38,225 bases of DNA, from assembly GCF_001194135.2 (NCBI RefSeq), contig NC_068984.1:33181419-33219643 (forward strand). The letters run 5' to 3'. Origin of the DNA: Octopus bimaculoides (taxonomy: Eukaryota). Positions 35,770-38,225 of this stretch are shown here, one piece after another; the stretch's first letter is position 1, and each line of letters opens with the position of its first letter. A program made the translations under genes and the position numbers. The notes beneath the pieces are model-generated. The model made no database searches. It worked only from the letters and a program-made list of their open reading frames with translations, and was not told where the DNA came from.

Positions 35770-36532
35770 ATTGTGTTCGTTAGGTGTTTGCACACGTAGA
35801 TTTTATTGGCTCGAATCCAGATAGGGGTAACTCATGCCTCATCGATCTGCTCAGTAGTTTTCAGCCGGCAGATCGGTATAGACTAGAATTACCAGAGGCT
35901 TCATTGTGGACATGGTCAAATAGCGAAGACTCTTCGAGGTCTAACTTAGATAGGATTATTGTTTAGTGGAAAGACAAACATTTAGCTAGGTGTCCACAAT
36001 TTCACTACGTCAGCTACAGTGATCACAAATTAATGACCTGCTGGCTTGACTTAGATAGAGTTTGTAGACATAGTACCGACTACTGGAAACTCAGCAAGTC
36101 ACTTTTGGACTGTGCGGAGTACAGGTGTCTGATTAGGAAATTAGTAATGAAGGCATTGACCGAATCAATTATTAACAACAAATGGTGGCATGCCCTCAAA
36201 AGAGCCATCAAATTTGAGTCTGTTAGGTTTAGTAAACAGCGAACGAGTAAGAAGGCTAGAATAGAAAAGGATCTAGTTACGGCCCTAGAAGAGACATTGA
36301 GGACTGTAATGCGACCCAATTGGTAACCGCAATATTGGCGCTCAACCAGCACCTCGAGGTTAGACACGAGAGATGCATTGTCAGAGCTAAGGTTCATGCA
36401 ATGGGACGAGAGGCAATCAACGGTGTTGGATGGGCCCGTGTTGTAGAGACCCAACGTGGAAATGATGTCACAATAAGGTCTTTGATGGATCATAATGAAC
36501 GTACGGTAGCCGAACCCGAGGAGATATGAAAG
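35770..36532 (+). mobile_element. L1/Tx1-clade LINE ORF2 fragment (APE endonuclease C-terminus plus linker)
   Basis: DRYRLELPEASLWTWSN...RSNLDRIIV, SDHKL, YWKLSKSLL, NNKWWHALKRAIK and CIVRAK across three frameshifted ORFs. Confidence 0.85.
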
Positions 36533-36534
36533 GT

Positions 36535-36985
36535 TTTTCCAGCAGGGCCATGCTGCCTCCCACACGGTACGGTTCACCATGGATTTCCTGCGTTAGCACA
36601 TCAAAACAAGCTATGGCCGGCTCTCAGCTCAGATATGAACCCAGCTGAACACCTGTGGAATGAAATCCAGAGACGGCTGAACCAGGTGATCCCAAGTCTT
36701 ACAACTCGTGTGGAACTGGAGGCAGCTTTCCTCGGTGTATGAGCACAGGTTCCAATAGCTTTTGTGAACCGCCTCATGCACTCTGTGTACCGACGGCGTA
36801 TGACCGTTTCGAACAAACAGGGAGGGCATACACGGTATTGAACATATCACGTCCTACATTCTCGATGTGCTGGATATGCCCACTATCAGAACACGACAAA
36901 CTTTATCAGTTTTATCAAAGTTTATCTCTGACATGATGAAATTAAAACATATTTCACAGTCTTTCGTTTCTTTTGCGTTTCAGTG
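36535..36985 (+). mobile_element. Tc1-type DNA transposon 3' fragment with right TIR
   Basis: FQQGHAASHT..., WPALSSDMNPAEHLWNEIQRRL (WPxxSPDLNPIE motif) and ...KQGGHTRY*. The terminus tttcttttgcgtttcagtg|TA follows. Confidence 0.9.
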
Positions 36986-38045
36986 TATATACATGTGCAT
37001 ATATATATTTTTTTGGCGGAGGCCATCTCGAATCACCCATATAAATAATAGCATGTAAAATGTTGCCTTGAGAGACACTTTTGGATTGAAATAACGGGTA
37101 CATTTTTATGTATTCATGTATGTGCCTACGCACATGCATATAGTCAATGCACAGGAAATATGCTCTTATTAGTAATTCTTGTTTAAAGGATTGTTGGGTA
37201 TTAAAACATGAAGCAGGATATAATATGATATGAAGCAACTCCAATATGTGATACAAATTTTCAAAAGTTATCACATCACATAATGTTGATAAAATATATT
37301 TATATTATTTACTTATTTGTATTTTAGAATTATAATGACATATTTCACAAGGATTGATTACCGAAGGAAAAATTTATTGAAAATATTGATGCATAAAAGA
37401 AAAACAAAGCTATAGTAGACTAATAGAAACAAAATCTAATTTTGAATATTTTAAATTTAATATCATGGAAAATAATATAAATTATGAAATAAGACATGTG
37501 TTGGAAAGTTCATATAATTCCCCCAAAGATATAAAATAAAATAACTTATGAAGTCACTTTTTCTTCATTTGATCTTTGATCTGGTTCGTGTTGATTATAT
37601 AAATTTACTTTGATTCAAAAGAAAATATATAAATATATTAATCTGTTCTGTGTTTAAGTTTCATATTTCTATATCAAAGGTTATTTGTATTTCATTTTGG
37701 CATATTTTATTACATAAACGTGTATTCAACATCAACACCTTTTAGAAAATCCGGCATATTTACTGCTGCCATGGTGATAACACAGCATCAATTCTAAAAG
37801 CAATAGCAACAAGCTAAAAACAGATCTCTACACTAGCGTCCTCAAATTATTTTGATCATCAGGCAACGGCGTGTTATAAAATTAGCAACAAACTATAACT
37901 AATATAAATAACGATTTCAAATGTCGGTACAATGCCAGATATTTCAAGGGAGTAGGTAAGAGTGTGACATTGAACGCAGTCATCAAATGATACGTACTTT
38001 ATCGCCCCGAAATAAAATAATGAGAGACAAAGTCGAATTCGGTAG

Positions 38046-38083
38046 AATAATAACAATACTACTACTACTACTACTACTACTAC

Positions 38084-38143
<60 letters not shown>
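38046..38143. repeat. (TAC)n(TAA)n microsatellite
   Basis: Visible array. Source of the poly-L/V/I ORFs. Confidence 0.95.
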
Positions 38144-38147
<4 letters not shown>

Positions 38148-38225
38148 AACACCAGGACTTACAAATATATATAACATACAGAAAATTGCACTACTGGGTA
38201 CTGCACACATTCTACGCAAAACACT
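38144..38225 (+). mobile_element. Extremely 5'-truncated R4/Dong-like LINE 3' end within a (TAA)n array, cut by the window edge
   Basis: From 38146 it translates as KTPGLTNIYNIQKIALLGTAHILRKT, the same C-terminal motif as the 958-1590 copy (LQKAALLGTAH). Confidence 0.85.

Noticed and set aside
1-38225. CRISPR arrays, rRNA, true tRNA genes, prokaryotic operons
   Set aside because: None seen. The tRNA-like boxes belong to SINE heads, and the tandem repeats have no spacers.

Overview
AT-rich, microsatellite-dense eukaryotic DNA with seven N-gaps (9792-9859, 17803-17812, 22853-22895, 24036-24467, 26462-26617, 30090-30310, 34670-34679). The SINEs resemble tRNA-derived families I recall from octopus genomes, so this is probably cephalopod DNA (recognition, not a search result). 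No intact protein-coding gene can be identified. The recognisable content is decayed mobile DNA: three Penelope-like retroelement (PLE) fragments (two head-to-head), two R4/Dong-type LINE 3' ends, an L1/Tx1 fragment, Tc1, mariner and Tigger/pogo remnants, two MITE-like elements and at least six SINEs. The least explained signals are RNA-structural. These are hammerhead-ribozyme-like cores at PLE ends, a snap-back duplicated hammerhead core inside ~41-bp inverted arms (23841-23959), and a ~920-bp foldback palindrome (32932-33853). Several short candidate exons on both strands are reported only as low-confidence hypotheses.
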